Assembly (NCBI RefSeq): GCF_964355755.1
Contig: NC_092680.1
Coordinates: 6,696,001 to 6,760,000, forward strand
Direction: 5' to 3'
DNA: 64,000 nt
Source: Antedon mediterranea
Lineage: Eukaryota > Animalia > Echinodermata
Shown here: positions 41,649-53,412 of the stretch, piece by piece
Numbering within the stretch: position 1 is the first letter of the stretch
Layout: every line of letters begins with the position of its first letter
Notes under the pieces: generated by a model
Seen by the model: only the letters and a program-made list of their open reading frames with translations
Database searches by the model: none
What the model was told of the DNA's origin: nothing
Position numbers and translations under genes: made by a program

Positions 41649-41807
41649 AGCTCTGTCTACACTATCAAACTAGTTTGACAAAAAAGTGTGATGTGCCCAA
41701 ATATGGTAGTGATATGCCCAAATATGGTAGTTTTATGACATCCTCTTGTCCATATATGGGCACATCACATTGTTTGTCACATAAAGTTTGATAGTGTAGA
41801 CAGAGTT
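41649..41807. mobile_element. MITE family A, near-complete copy
   Basis: TIR AGCTCTGTCTACACTATCAAACT / AGTTTGATAGTGTAGACAGAG; internal ~20-bp repeats GTGAT(G/A)TGCCCAAATATGGTA. Confidence 0.85.
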
Positions 41808-41896
41808 TACTTTTCACTGATAGTAAACATGTTGTTGTGTACACAGTGTACACTATACAGTTTATTGTACAAATAATGCATGTCAGAGTGCGTTAA

Positions 41897-42073
41897 GCGT
41901 GGTTCCCACTAGCGACGCAACGAAAGGACGTAACGCAACGCAAGTGAATTGACCAATCACAAGCGATGGCTTATTCGCTTGTGATTGCTAACTGTCTATA
42001 ACTTCGCTTGTCATTGGTTAAAACGCTTGCGTTGCGTTTACGTCCTTGTGTTACGTTCTAGTGGGAACCAAGC
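41897..42073. mobile_element. Palindromic MITE family B (degenerate relative at ~49327-49443)
   Basis: TTAA-GCGTGGTTCCCACTAG ... CTAGTGGGAACCAAGC-TTAA; arms rich in ACGCA/TGCGT. Confidence 0.8.
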
Positions 42074-42559
42074 TTAAGTGGAGACATTGTGAATACCCAA
42101 GAGTGAGCCGCATCTCCACTAACATACAAATTTAGACTAGTGTGTACTGTTATTTGTTTTATAACATGGGTCTATGAACTATTTTGACTTACTATTTTGG
42201 GTGAATACACCTAGGCCTACCGTGGCAAACACCACTCTACTTGGCGACCAATTCCTAGCAAAACAGTCATGTACCAGAATCGACAAGATATACAAGTGGT
42301 GTGTGTTTGTTTTCTTTTTTTAAATGGGGCCGCAGGACAGACAACCTGGAAGACGATTGGTTCTACTCATAAATCGTGCAGCGCTAGCGCGATTGGTATT
42401 CTGCCCTACGATTTACATGCAGAGTACTTTTTTGCTGCACACTTTTTGCACTCCAGTGCATGATAGTAAATCAATAAAGAGCACACACATATCAGTGCGT
42501 TTTATTGACTACATTCTTGAACCCATGTTATAATACTTTATTAGTTTATTACTGCTTAC

Positions 42560-42728
42560 CATCTAATATAGTGATATGTTGCATCAACACTCTGATGCCT
42601 GATACCAGCAAGGGTTCCAAGTTGATTGTGAGGCATTCCCACATCTGGATTATAAAGCAAGGCCTGGTGATAATAACGTTGAGCCAAGACTTGGCTGCGG
42701 TAACCATCAAAATCCTGATGGTAACGGG
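42560..42728 (-). CDS. SMG5: SMG5 exon 6 (ARYHQDFDG...AQRYYHQALLYNPDVGMPHNQLGTLAG...YHYIR)
   Basis: EST1-family GMPxNQLGTLA motif; tag|...|gtaag; 169 nt. Confidence 0.95.
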
Positions 42729-42915
42729 CTATAAGTAAATGTTAAAAATGGAAAAAATATATAGATTTATCCAATGAAAAAAGTATGTAAAATACAAACT
42801 TTTTGTAATTTTTATAATATATTTTTTTGTGGAAAAACGACTAATCCTATTTCGTTTTAATCACTATATTTCATTTGGGATAATTTGCAAGTTTACTATC
42901 AAGACACAAACTTAC

Positions 42916-43008
42916 CCAAGTCTCCAAGATAAATAAGGCATCGATGACATGCTTTCTCAGCCCATTGTTTTGCCTTTTCACTTGGTTTCTCAGTGGCTTC
43001 TGCTTTAT
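42916..43008 (-). CDS. SMG5: SMG5 exon 5 (...KQWAEKACHRCLIYLGDL)
   Basis: EST1/14-3-3-like motif ACHRCLxYLGDL; tag|...|gtaag; 93 nt. Confidence 0.95.
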
Positions 43009-43206
43009 CTAGATAAAAAATAAAACTTTTAAAAATGACATAATACAAATGCACACACAATTATTGGTTTAATCTATGTTAATAAACCTAGAAATGTACT
43101 TTAATTTTTATTGTTTTTATAAAAATAAACATCTGATTATGAAATTTATGGAACATAACCTAAAGATTAGTATATTCAAGTATTAACGATTATAACATAA
43201 ACATAC

Positions 43207-43369
43207 CTTTTTCAGAGATCATTTCTGATATATCAATAAGATCCACAATGCCTTTTAGATTCAAGTTAAACTCCTTCTGAAGCCTGAGCAATAAATGATG
43301 ATAGAAGCCAATAGCCGAAATGAGATGTGTACGATAGGCACACTCCAATGAAGATCCTCGTCTAACATG
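43207..43369 (-). CDS. SMG5: SMG5 exon 4 (HVRRGSSLECAYRTHLISAIGFYHHLLLRLQKEF...)
   Basis: Matches SMG5 LECAYRTHLVAGIGFYQHLLL; aaag|...|gtatgt; 163 nt. Confidence 0.95.
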
Positions 43370-43429
43370 CTTTGAAATATAAAAAAATTATTCTTTAATA
43401 TTGCTTACAAATCACAAAATCAGCGCTAA

Positions 43430-43595
43430 AGCTCTGTCTACACCATCAAACTTTATTTGACAAGAAATTGTAATGTGCCCATTTTATATATGGACATGAT
43501 GATGTCATATCACTACCATATTTGGGCATATCACTACCATATTTGGCCACATTACACTTTTGCTGTCAAACTAGTTTGATATTGCAGGCAGAGCT
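43430..43595. mobile_element. MITE family A, copy with TAA TSD
   Basis: TAA-AGCTCTG ... CAGAGCT-TAA; a TAA duplication is typical of PIF/Harbinger. Confidence 0.85.
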
Positions 43596-43844
43596 TAAGA
43601 CTGTTAAGAGAACAGAGATGACTGCTTTGTGCTGGAAAAGGCTATCATAATAGCAACTTTATACCAATAACACACCACACGACTACAGTCATTCTACATG
43701 TTTGTGTGTGTGCAGAATGACAGCTGCATAGTCTAGGAATGGTTTAAATCCTTTTCCTTTATTGCAATGCACCCTGAAAGTCTGTCAAAACTGCTTTTAA
43801 ACAATAAGTACAGTAATTTGGTATTTCCTTGTTTTGTACTTTTT

Positions 43845-45785
43845 ATTTTTATCTTTTATTTATTCAAATTCTCACAAAAATGTACAAACAAAGCAAGAAA
43901 AAGACAAAACATATAAAAAGAACAGAGTACATTCAGTGAAGGATGGGACCAACAGGTGGTAAACACCTCTAGGACGGTCCAATCCCAAATTGCACAATGA
44001 GTAAAAAAGTTAAAAACATTATAATAAATATTTTAATATAATAGTAATATATAAATTTGTATAATTTAGGATAAAACTAAGTTGGTCGACATTTACAGCA
44101 GCGACAACAGGACACCCATGTGCACATATTGCCAGTTTCATACGTATTGGTAAATAAGTCGTTGAAATATTTCTTAGCCCCTAGCTTAAACCTGTAAGAC
44201 GTAGGTGCTTTTCTAGTATCTTGGTCTAACTGATTCCACATGGGAACAATGCGTTGGAAATACATCAATTTATGTGATTCAGTATGACCAATTCTAACAG
44301 TAAGATTGAAGTCATCTACAGATGATCTTGTTGCACGACCATTATTGTCTCCGGAAAATGTAATGAAATCTTTGATATTAAGATCATTCATGTTAAGCAA
44401 GCATTGATGGAAGAAGTTAACATCCATATATTCTCTTTTATATGAAAGGGGCAGTAAATTGAGCAATGTTAAACGTTCTTTGTAATCTTGATCGGGGTAA
44501 TTCAAAATGTATTTGGTAGCTTTACGCTGTACACTTTCCAAACGTTGCATGTTACATTTGGATGTGCCACTCCACAATGAGCTAGCATACTCAAGGTCGG
44601 TTCTAATCATGGAGGTGAATAGTGTTATAGTAATACTGATAGGGGAATTGTAACCCATAGCCCGTTTAATCATACCAAGTTTGCAATTACATTTAGAGAC
44701 AACTTTGGTGACGTGCTCATTCCATTTCAGATGATTAGATATTTCGATCCCCAGATCATTGATTCAATCAGATCTAGCGAGAGAAATACCATTCATCCTG
44801 TAGTCATATATTACAGGGTTTCGTTTTCTAGTAATAGATATAATTTGACATTTAGATGGATTAAAACATAGATCCCATGTTTTGCTCCATTTGTACAACG
44901 AATTGATATCTTCTTGTAAAAGATTACAATCGGTCACTTGATTAATAGATTTCAAGCCTTTAGCATCGTCTGCAAAAAGAGCAATTGTTGCATTCTTGGT
45001 AGACGTGGGCAAGTCGTTTATGTATAATAAGAAGAGTAGGGGACCTAGGATTGAACCTTGTGGCACCCCTGAAATCACAGGTAGCCAATCGGAAAAACGA
45101 TCCTTCGATAACAACCCTTTGCGTTCTGTTGGAAAGATAGGCCGTAAACCAATGATGGCGATTACCACTAATACCGTATGATTTTAATTTGTGCAGAAGT
45201 AAATGGTGGGACACACTGTCAAACGCTTTAGAAAAATCTAGATATACGAGGTCGACCTGACCAGCACTTACTTACTGTGTGAAAAATGGTTAGTAATTGT
45301 GAAACAGTAGAACGGCCCTTAATGAATCCGTGTTGTAGGTTATACAAATAATTCTTTAAGTGCGGAAAAATAGCGTTGTAAATTAATCTTTCGAAAACTT
45401 TGTTTGAGATACATAGTAAGGATATGGGTCTGTAATTAGAGGCTTTGTGTTTGTCGCCCTTTTTAAATACGGGAACCACGTTAGCTTTAAGCCAAATATC
45501 AGGCAGTTGTCCAGTTGACATTGACATTTTGAAAATGTGACACAGTGGTGGACTGAGTTGTTTAGCGCACTCTTTAAGGACCCGTGGTGAGATCTCGTCA
45601 AGACCGACAGCCTTAGAAGTATCCAAGCTCGAAAGAATTTCACAAACATCAGTTTTATTAATAATAATGTTACTTAGATCAGGCATATTTTCTTTTGTGT
45701 TGCTGGCTTTGGGTAGAACATTGTAAATCTTTGGTGTACTGAACACCGAATAAAAATAGTCGTTAAATACTTGACAAACATTGTA
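43845..45785 (-). mobile_element. 5'-truncated CR1-clade LINE (RT and 3' UTR), frameshifted, in SMG5 intron 3
   Basis: RT motifs PVFKKGD, NYRPISLL, QHGF, YLDFSKAFD, GVPQGSILGPLLF and LFADD across three frames; C-terminal WVSCCRCCKC; (AATAAA)-like tail near 43850. Confidence 0.92.
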
Positions 45786-45815
45786 AAAAATAATCATTAT
45801 TAGTTGAAATTATAC

Positions 45816-45939
45816 CTTCCTATTTTTCTTGATTACATTGATAACATCATAGTACACTTTCCACCATAAAAACTCTTCTGCTTTTCTTCCAAATGATTCA
45901 GGTTGAAGAAACATCAATCTCTCAGACAAATCTTTCAAC
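45816..45939 (-). CDS. SMG5: SMG5 exon 3 (LKDLSERLMFLQPESFGRKAEEFLWWKVYYDVINVIKKNRK)
   Basis: Strong match to SMG5 LMFLHPVDYGRKAEELLWRKVYYEVI; ag/gt boundaries; 124 nt. Confidence 0.95.
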
Positions 45940-46195
45940 CTTATATCAATATAAAACAAATATAAATTAAACCATGCTTATGTTAGAGAGTGCATCCTTT
46001 ATCATTCATATTGGTATCAATAATTTTATGCAAATTATTTAGCCAGCACAATATAATAATTAGTTGAACATGTAGCAGTGATATATATAATATGTCAAGC
46101 CTTTATAGTTTTAATAACGTTGTGTAAAATAACTAAAGTATAATACATTCCCTGAAGATAATTGCAATCAAGTTAAAAAAAATCCAATACTATAC

Positions 46196-46294
46196 CTCAT
46201 ACGTAACTCAATTGTATCTCGGTCAAACACTGCCCTGTATGCCTGCTTTATCTTTGTTATATTGCTTAACTTCTTAATTATGTCTTGAGCTCCC
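46196..46294 (-). CDS. SMG5: SMG5 exon 2 (GAQDIIKKLSNITKIKQAYRAVFDRDTIELRM-R)
   Basis: ag|...|gtata, 99 nt, phase 2-2. AYRAVF..ELR resembles SMG5 AYQEVFKPENISLR. Confidence 0.85.
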
Positions 46295-46983
46295 CTAATT
46301 CAGTAATAAACAAATTAAAAAAACAGAATTAATCATTGAAGTACTGATCATTATGGAGGTATTTGTACTGATCATTATGGAGGTATTTATACCTCCATTT
46401 ATTACGAACAACCAAAATAACTCAGATAGGCCTATACCCATGCAAGTTGTGTTGTAAATAACATTAGGCCTAGGCCTATATTTTTTTCATATTTGTGTCA
46501 TCTCGATTTTTTGTCTAGGCCCTAGGAGGCCTTACCTAGACAAAGATACGGTACTGTATCCTAACTTCCGTTTGCTAAAAGTATGGTAAAATTGCATTAC
46601 GTCATAATCAGCCAATGGGGTGCTGGTATGTGTATGTGTCATCGTCTAGGACTTTGATCAACCGCTTAACATTTTCTTTATGCTTCATTTATCGCTATTA
46701 TCGCCGTCTGTGACAAAACTAAATGTAGCCTACGTCTGTTATTATTGAAAAGCCAAAACATGTTGATTTATTAAATTATATGAGTTTGTGTAGGGAAAGC
46801 GGTGCCAGGCTGGGGCCAGCTACTGTCTAAATCATAGTATTTTAACATTGAATTACAATTCCTTTACTTCTAATTTGGTTATCAACAATATCAGATTATA
46901 ATACTACTACTGTATGTTGTATAATGAAATAATATTTGTGATTAAGTGCATGTTTTAAATCAACCACATGAACTTGATCTATA

Positions 46984-47320
46984 CGGTGGCCCACAACTGT
47001 CACGCACACTATAACACAGAATCACACAATTAAAGAAGGAATTACACAATTAAAGAAGGAATCACAAAATTAAAGAAGAAATCGCACAATTAAAGAAGAA
47101 ATCGCATATAAACAAAAGAAAGCATGAAAATATAAAACGAAATGCACAAATAAAAAAGACACGCGCAAATAAAGAAGAGCTAAGCACAATTAAAGACGTC
47201 CGCAACAAATTCGAAAGCTCCTCGCACAATTAAAGAAGTGCGCAACAAATTTGAAAGCTCCTCGCACAATTAAAGAAGTCCGCAACAAATTCGACAGTAC
47301 CTCGCACAATTAAAGTACAG
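46984..47320 (+). repeat. Tandem array (CACAATTAAAGAAG, ~20/40-bp period) starting TA|CGGTGGCCC; probable DNA transposon subterminus
   Basis: Repeated CACAATTAAAGA motif; the other end was not found. Confidence 0.6.
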
Positions 47321-47328
47321 TAGTCAGT

Positions 47329-47640
47329 ATGGAACGCCATCGCTGCCTCCGGCAGCAAATTTTAATTCTATTCGGCTCGTTTACTATTACGTTCGGCTCT
47401 TTTAGCATTCAGCGCATTTCTATTCGGCCCATTTACCATTACGTTCGGCTCTTTCTGCATTCGGCGCATTTCTATTCGGCCCATTTACCATTATGTTTGG
47501 CTCTTTCAGCATTCGGCTCTTTTTTATTCGGCCCATTTACCACTACGTTCGGCTCTTTCAGCATTCGGCTCTTTTTTTTTCGGCCCATTACCATTACGTT
47601 CGGCTCTTCCTTATACGATGACGTTACACACGTACCAGCA
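47329..47640 (+). repeat. Tandem array of TTCGGCTC/TTCGGCCCATTTACCATTACG (~54-bp unit); probable transposon subterminus
   Basis: About four higher-order units seen directly; explains spurious ORFs 47329..47652 and 47472..47663. Confidence 0.7.
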
Positions 47641-47764
47641 CCCCCATTCTGATCATGACGCAATGCAATTTTACCGTACCTTTATTTAGCAAAGGGTTGG
47701 ATACGGGGGACGGTACCGTATCTTTAGCCATGGCGATATATTATAATGTATAAACATTTATAAT

Positions 47765-48050
47765 TTCTACTACTGTAGGCCAGGAGGACTAGGATCAAAC
47801 ATCTGCTCTGCGTGATCTCCTGGCCCATCTATGCTAGGCTAGGCCTACCTAGTACCCTAGGCTAGTAGTAGGCTTGTTGGTCCCCTGGATAATACTAATA
47901 GCCTGGCCTTAGTAGTAGTAGTAGTACTAGGCCTAGGCTAGTAGTGTAGTAGTAGTAAGTGGCCTAGGGCTAGGCCTACCTAGGCTAGGCCTAGTTGCCT
48001 AGCTAGGCCTAGCTAGCTAGCCTGGCCCAGGGCCTGCTAGAGGCCTTATA
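47765..48050. repeat. TAGGCCTA/CTAG/TAG low-complexity cluster at the start of SMG5 intron 1
   Basis: Dense overlapping TAGGCCTA, GCTAGC and (TAG)n motifs. Confidence 0.8.
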
Positions 48051-48058
48051 TAACCTAC

Positions 48059-48132
48059 CGACAAATACGTTTTGTCTGCTGTAGCTTCTCAATATCTGGT
48101 TTAGAAACGTTTCTTTTTTCTTTTTCTTCCAT
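48059..48132 (-). CDS. SMG5: SMG5 coding exon 1 (MEEKEKRNVSKPDIEKLQQTKRIC-R)
   Basis: ATG at 48132; donor CG|gtaggt, phase 2. The TKRICR end aligns with vertebrate SMG5 HTKRLYR and splices in frame to exon 2. Confidence 0.8.
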
Positions 48133-49671
48133 TTTTTCACTGACAACTGAAAGTGGGATAATCACACACTTCTTTTTTTCGCAGCAGCGAGAAAAACAAG
48201 AAAAGAGGTCAGTCCAAATGTAACGGCGCCCTCTACAATACTAAAAAGTCCAAACTTTTTTAATTGAACAATGATATAAAAAACTAAAGGGTGCAGCAAA
48301 ATGTCACGAAAAATACATCGCAATAAACAACAAATATAAAGTTAAACAACTCAAAATAAAATACGACGTGTTGGTATTATATAGTTTGTATATAATTTGT
48401 AATGTTCTATCAATTTCCGAAAATAATATCTACACATGATGGTTACGTGTATATAACAAACAAGTACATTTAGGCATATCATATCCTATCCATTTTTACA
48501 GCGCCTTTCTCATACAACGGTTTATTTTATAAGAATGTTATTATTAATTTGTTCTTTCATGAAATCGTTACTTTCTGTTGTCGTCCATCCTACTGACCCA
48601 CATTTTAATGTGAGTTCTTGTTGGAGGTCTTTTTGTTTGTTTTGGAGCTCGGTTTTTGTAGCATTTTAATGGCCTTGGAGATGGTGGCTTCTCGAATGAT
48701 ATTTTTGGATCCATCTTATCACACACGGTCTTCTTCTTCCACTTAAACATGTCGGCCTAACAAAGCCTAAACCTTCAAAAGTAAACATTTTAACAATTAT
48801 ATATGTATTTATGTATTAATTTACAATACAAGCTCAACAACACAATAAAACAATGATATAACTGGTTTTATCGACAGTAGTGTATATCACCATGGCCTGG
48901 GCGCGTGCGTGCTTAGCGAAGTTTTAGAGGACTACCATGCCTGTTATTCATAAGTACCTTATCACTGTTTTTAGAGTAATGTGTCGAGCAACTAGCTACT
49001 AATTGAAGACGATTTTTTTTCTCAAAGTGGATAAACGTCGTGTGTGGTATGGCCTACAAACTCTTCTTTAACTAAATAACGCGGCGCACTAGTTACCTAG
49101 CAATGCTTGGTAACAACGCTACTAAGAACGCAATGTGCAACGCGACACTCATCTTGGTCAGTCAAATTAGATTGGATAACAGAGGGTTTTGTACTAAAAT
49201 TTAATATAATTATATTGTCTTTTATTCATATATGTTAATAGCCTATATTATTTATATATTATTACGAGAACATTTATATTAAGTTGTAAACGATTATTAT
49301 TGATCTGTTTATCAACAGTTGCTATGTTAAGCTTCCCAAACAAAAGGAACGCAAGAATGTACGCGCAGCACAAATTGTCATTTGTGATTAGCCAAATGAC
49401 TTGCGTTGCATGGCGTCCTTGCGTTGTGCCCTAGGAAACTAAGATGTATCCATCAACAATACGTTGCGTAGATATTCTACTCATTCTATACTACTCACCG
49501 TGCGTTATAGAAACTTCGTAAGAACGAACTCCTCAACATTGGAACCATCGTTCGAAACATGCATTTGGTAAATTATTATTTTTAAAAAGATGTTACATCA
49601 TAATTTCAACAAGGTAATATGAAATATAATGTAGCGGCGCTGGCTATAGAATATCTTTGGTAATAATTAAT
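48133..49671. promoter_or_regulatory. Head-to-head intergenic region, probable bidirectional promoter
   Basis: 1.5 kb between divergent start codons with locally more CpG (GGCGCC, CGCGTGCG, CGCGGCGC). Inferred from geometry only. Confidence 0.45.
48572..48750 (-). CDS. Candidate upstream/alternative first coding exon of SMG5 (basic, Pro-rich, 59 aa)
   Basis: ATG-initiated open frame ending AA|gtaacg (phase 2), in frame with SMG5 exon 2 or with an ag at 48141-48140. No homology recognised. Confidence 0.3.
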
Positions 49672-49853
49672 ATGGCACATTCTTATAAAAACCAACAACC
49701 ACCTCAGCAAGAAGAAAATATTGCTAACGAAGACAAATCGAACGAAACAGAACTTGACAGGGTAATTACAAGAGAAGTGCTTAAGCCTAGACCTAGTTCT
49801 AATGGACAAAAACAAGTATCTAGGCCTAGTGAAGCATGTGAACACACAACAAG
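49672..49853 (+). CDS. Exon 1 of uncharacterised gene divergent from SMG5 (MAHSYKNQQPPQQEE...)
   Basis: ATG at 49672; donor AG|gttag, phase 2, joining in frame to the acceptor ttttag|A at 50102. Confidence 0.6.
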
Positions 49854-50101
49854 GTTAGCTTTATACTGTGGTTGGCCTAAATGTAATTTTTGACCGTTCA
49901 CATCATTGTTAATGTTGAGAGAATGTTCTAGATACCTACATGCTAATTAAGAAAACTCAGCCTAGGCTAGGCCTTACCTGCATGCTAAAAAGTTTAAAAA
50001 GATGCACAAAAATATAAATATTGATAGGCCTATAGGCCTAGGCTTACGCCTAAATTAATAATATATTATATTCAATCGTATCGTTGTTTTCTCGATTTTA
50101 G

Positions 50102-52460
50102 AGGTTGTACAGAAGAAACGAGCTCTTTCGAATTTGAAAAACTTTGGCCTAGGCCTAGACCTAACCCTAGATCTTTGTATGAAATTGCTCATCAGTCTCC
50201 AGAATACAGTTTTCCTGATAACGTAATCTATGATGACGCCATGTTCTCATCAGATCTTGAAGACAACAGTTTATCGCTACGCAGTTCTTCACAAGCGACG
50301 CCTGTAGATGACTTACCGACCGAGCAAAAGGAAGATAATTACATTTGTATAGAAGACAACGTCAATCAGAGGATAGCGTCTAATGGTTTTAAAGAAACGA
50401 AAGCAGACTCGGATATAATGATTAATATGGCCGAAAATGAGGGCAATATTCAGATAGTAGGCTTGTGTGGCACCAGTAATAATAGGTCATATAGGCCTAG
50501 TGATCATTGTACTACTGTACTTAACGATGATGAACTGACCATTGTCGAGGAGACGAACATCGAGAATCTGGCAAGTGATGAGAAACAACGCACAACACCG
50601 TTAAACTTCACAAACTACCTGCTTTCAGGCGTACAAGACTACTTAGTACCAATTGCTGCACATTGTCGACCCTACAAGCACTCGTCGTCTGATGATAATG
50701 TTCTCACGGTGAACAATCATGTAACCTCTCATAATAGCATTGTCAGAGAATCATCATCAATAAGTCAAAAGAAGAAACGAAGAGACAAATATAAGGATGC
50801 AAACACTGTTAGATTAGAACCTATCGAAGAACGTGGGAAAGATAGGAGTCCTCCGCCGGCATCTTCCCTCCCGCCAGTTCCAGTCAGGTGGCTTGAAGAT
50901 ATAACAATGTCTTTAGCAGGTATGCTAGATACTTGCAAACAAGTTGTTTCTAAAAGTATCGATTCAGATTCTACTACGCCGACTCCACCGCTACCTGCAG
51001 AAATTATGGCTGTTGACGAATCCTGGTATTTCGGTGGTGGGCCCACTTTAGCCGATAGTCTGCTGAATGACGAAACCTTGCCGAAATTAGAAACTCTGAC
51101 TTCGGCCTTTATACCCGTTTGCGGAACCGTACCTTGTGATCAAGATGATGTGTTTCGTATCGAAGACACCAAACAGGTAACTTCGGAAGAATATACACGA
51201 GAACGTATCGGTCAAAGTAACGTAGATCCAACACTATTTTCTGCACCTACGAACCTGACGCACATAGATACCAATGATATCTTAAATATTTATCCTAGTT
51301 TTGGACACACTCATCCCACAGACACAGAAAGCGATGATATGTTAAAGGAAGATTTCTCCAAATACAACCGCAAGAATGCACAGACTACTGAACAGAAATT
51401 TGAAAATGTCGACGACCAATGGTTTGAACATTCAGCAACTAGGAATGTAGAGGAATTCTACAATATGATATACTCTGATGATCGACATTGGGATGAGATA
51501 ATCCCCTGCAATACCAATAGAAGCGCTGTTGAAGAAGTTGAATCGGAAGACGATGTTACATTAATCGATGTTTACCAAAGACCAATCAACAGAACGTCAG
51601 CTGTAACAGAAAGTGCTGCTGATGACTCTGGAGAAATAAATAAGGAGAATAATGTTGAAGAAACTTACGACGTCAACAATCTCCACATCGGAGTTTTTGC
51701 TTCAGAAAAAAAGTTCGATAACTTGCCCGAAAGCGATCACATTTTATTTGGTAATGGAAATTTTATATTAGAATCAGAAACATCTTCTCTTGACTATCAA
51801 CCTCTTCCTCTGGTCGCCTCGTCGCGTGTCATAGACTGTGAAACAGGTGAAATGAAGTCAAAATTGAATGTTCAACAGACATCTGCAGACGACGTACCTG
51901 CAGCATATTCAAATCATGTTAAGAATAGCGAAAAACCTGTGTTAAAAAGACATCATCTTAACGTTAGAAGTGACACCGTATTGACACATGTGACAACAAA
52001 ATGTGACATGTCAGGGAATGAAGATGTGCAGTGTAAATCATACCTATCGCGAAAAGTTTCGTTACAGGAACCGTGTTCACAATACAGCATAAACTCATTG
52101 GCTGATGACTCCATTGAGGATATTCTGATGGTGGAAAAAAGATGCATTGGCGGTGGTGGGAACATGGAGGTAAAGAAAAGAATTTACAGTAGCGTTTCAG
52201 AAGATAAACAAGTCAATCATACGACCGAAGAACAGATACGACTACTAGACGATGCTCTGCAGGATATTTCTCTCATTAACGAAGAAAATGTTGAGTGTTT
52301 ACAAGTTGAAAGGGATGGGTGCAACACAACGATTTCTAGGTCTAATCAAGATGAAATCCAGGACGACATTCAAGAAGAGGGATTGGTGCATACTGGCACT
52401 GCTTTCGCCGGGAGATACACTAACCAGGTGGATGATAAGGTTTCATCGCATATGAAATGA
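50102..52460 (+). CDS. Large exon 2 of uncharacterised acidic, probably disordered protein (~846 aa with exon 1)
   Basis: 2.36-kb stop-free frame in AT-rich DNA; pyrimidine-rich acceptor; D/E/S/T/N-rich; AATAAA at 52497-52502 after the TGA. No domain recognised. Confidence 0.75.
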
Positions 52461-53022
52461 AACAGTCAACTTATAAAAAGAAAGAAGCTTTTCATGAATA
52501 AATAAGTTACCCATTTCTGCTGCTGAGAATATTGCAATGTCACAGAATCTAATATGACGACAATGTTTAAGATATTTTGTAACAATACTTGTATTATAGT
52601 ACTAAGAGCTGAATCCACTTTTACTAAAGTGGGCATACAGTAATTACATAGAGATATTTTGGATCTAGATGCTAATCAAAAATAAATATAGTATTTTAAA
52701 TTGAGACAATATTGGACGTTATGTAATCAGGGACAAGCTGGGAGTGAAGATGCAGACAAAAAGGTCAACTTGTTTAGGCCTAGATTTATATTTTTCAAAG
52801 TTTTATCAGCGAGGCATGCAATTCATGCATTATTCATGCAGTCATCATGACGGTAATTCAACAGAACAAAGGCGAGCCCAATTGCAGTACGGTATCGACT
52901 GAGATAACCGATCATCTTCTCGTTTAGCATAATATAGCTAGATTAATACTATACTTTCATTCAATCAAAATGACGTTCATGATTGCATATTATACAATAT
53001 AATGCATATTTATGACGTAACG

Positions 53023-53412
53023 ATTTGAGGCTAATTTGTTCATTTTTATGTGTTTGAACGTCTTGCAAGAAAATATGTGTTAAAAAGTTAAAATTTGTTT
53101 TAACTGCTAATTGGCTGAAATGAACCAAACTCCAATTTGAGGCTAATTTGTGCCATTTTTTATGTGACAGAAGGGGGCTGGAACCTGCCGCGGGTTGTAA
53201 AAGACATACGTTGTCAAGAGGTATCCCCTATCTATAATAGAAAACAATTACTGTGATAGTGATTATGTATGCATCATGAAAAATCCTATATCCTAAAAAT
53301 TGAGTAATTTGTGTTTTTTATGTGACAGAAGGCGGCAACCTGCTGCGGGTGGCAAAATACATACGGTAAAAAAAAAAAAGAGGTATTCCCTATAATAGAG
53401 AGCGATTACTGT
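53023..53412 (+). repeat. Short direct duplications
   Basis: ATTTGAGGCTAATTTGT at 53023 and 53135; TATGTGACAGAAGG..AACCTGC.GCGGGT..ACATACG..GAGGTAT at ~53160 and ~53320. Confidence 0.7.
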
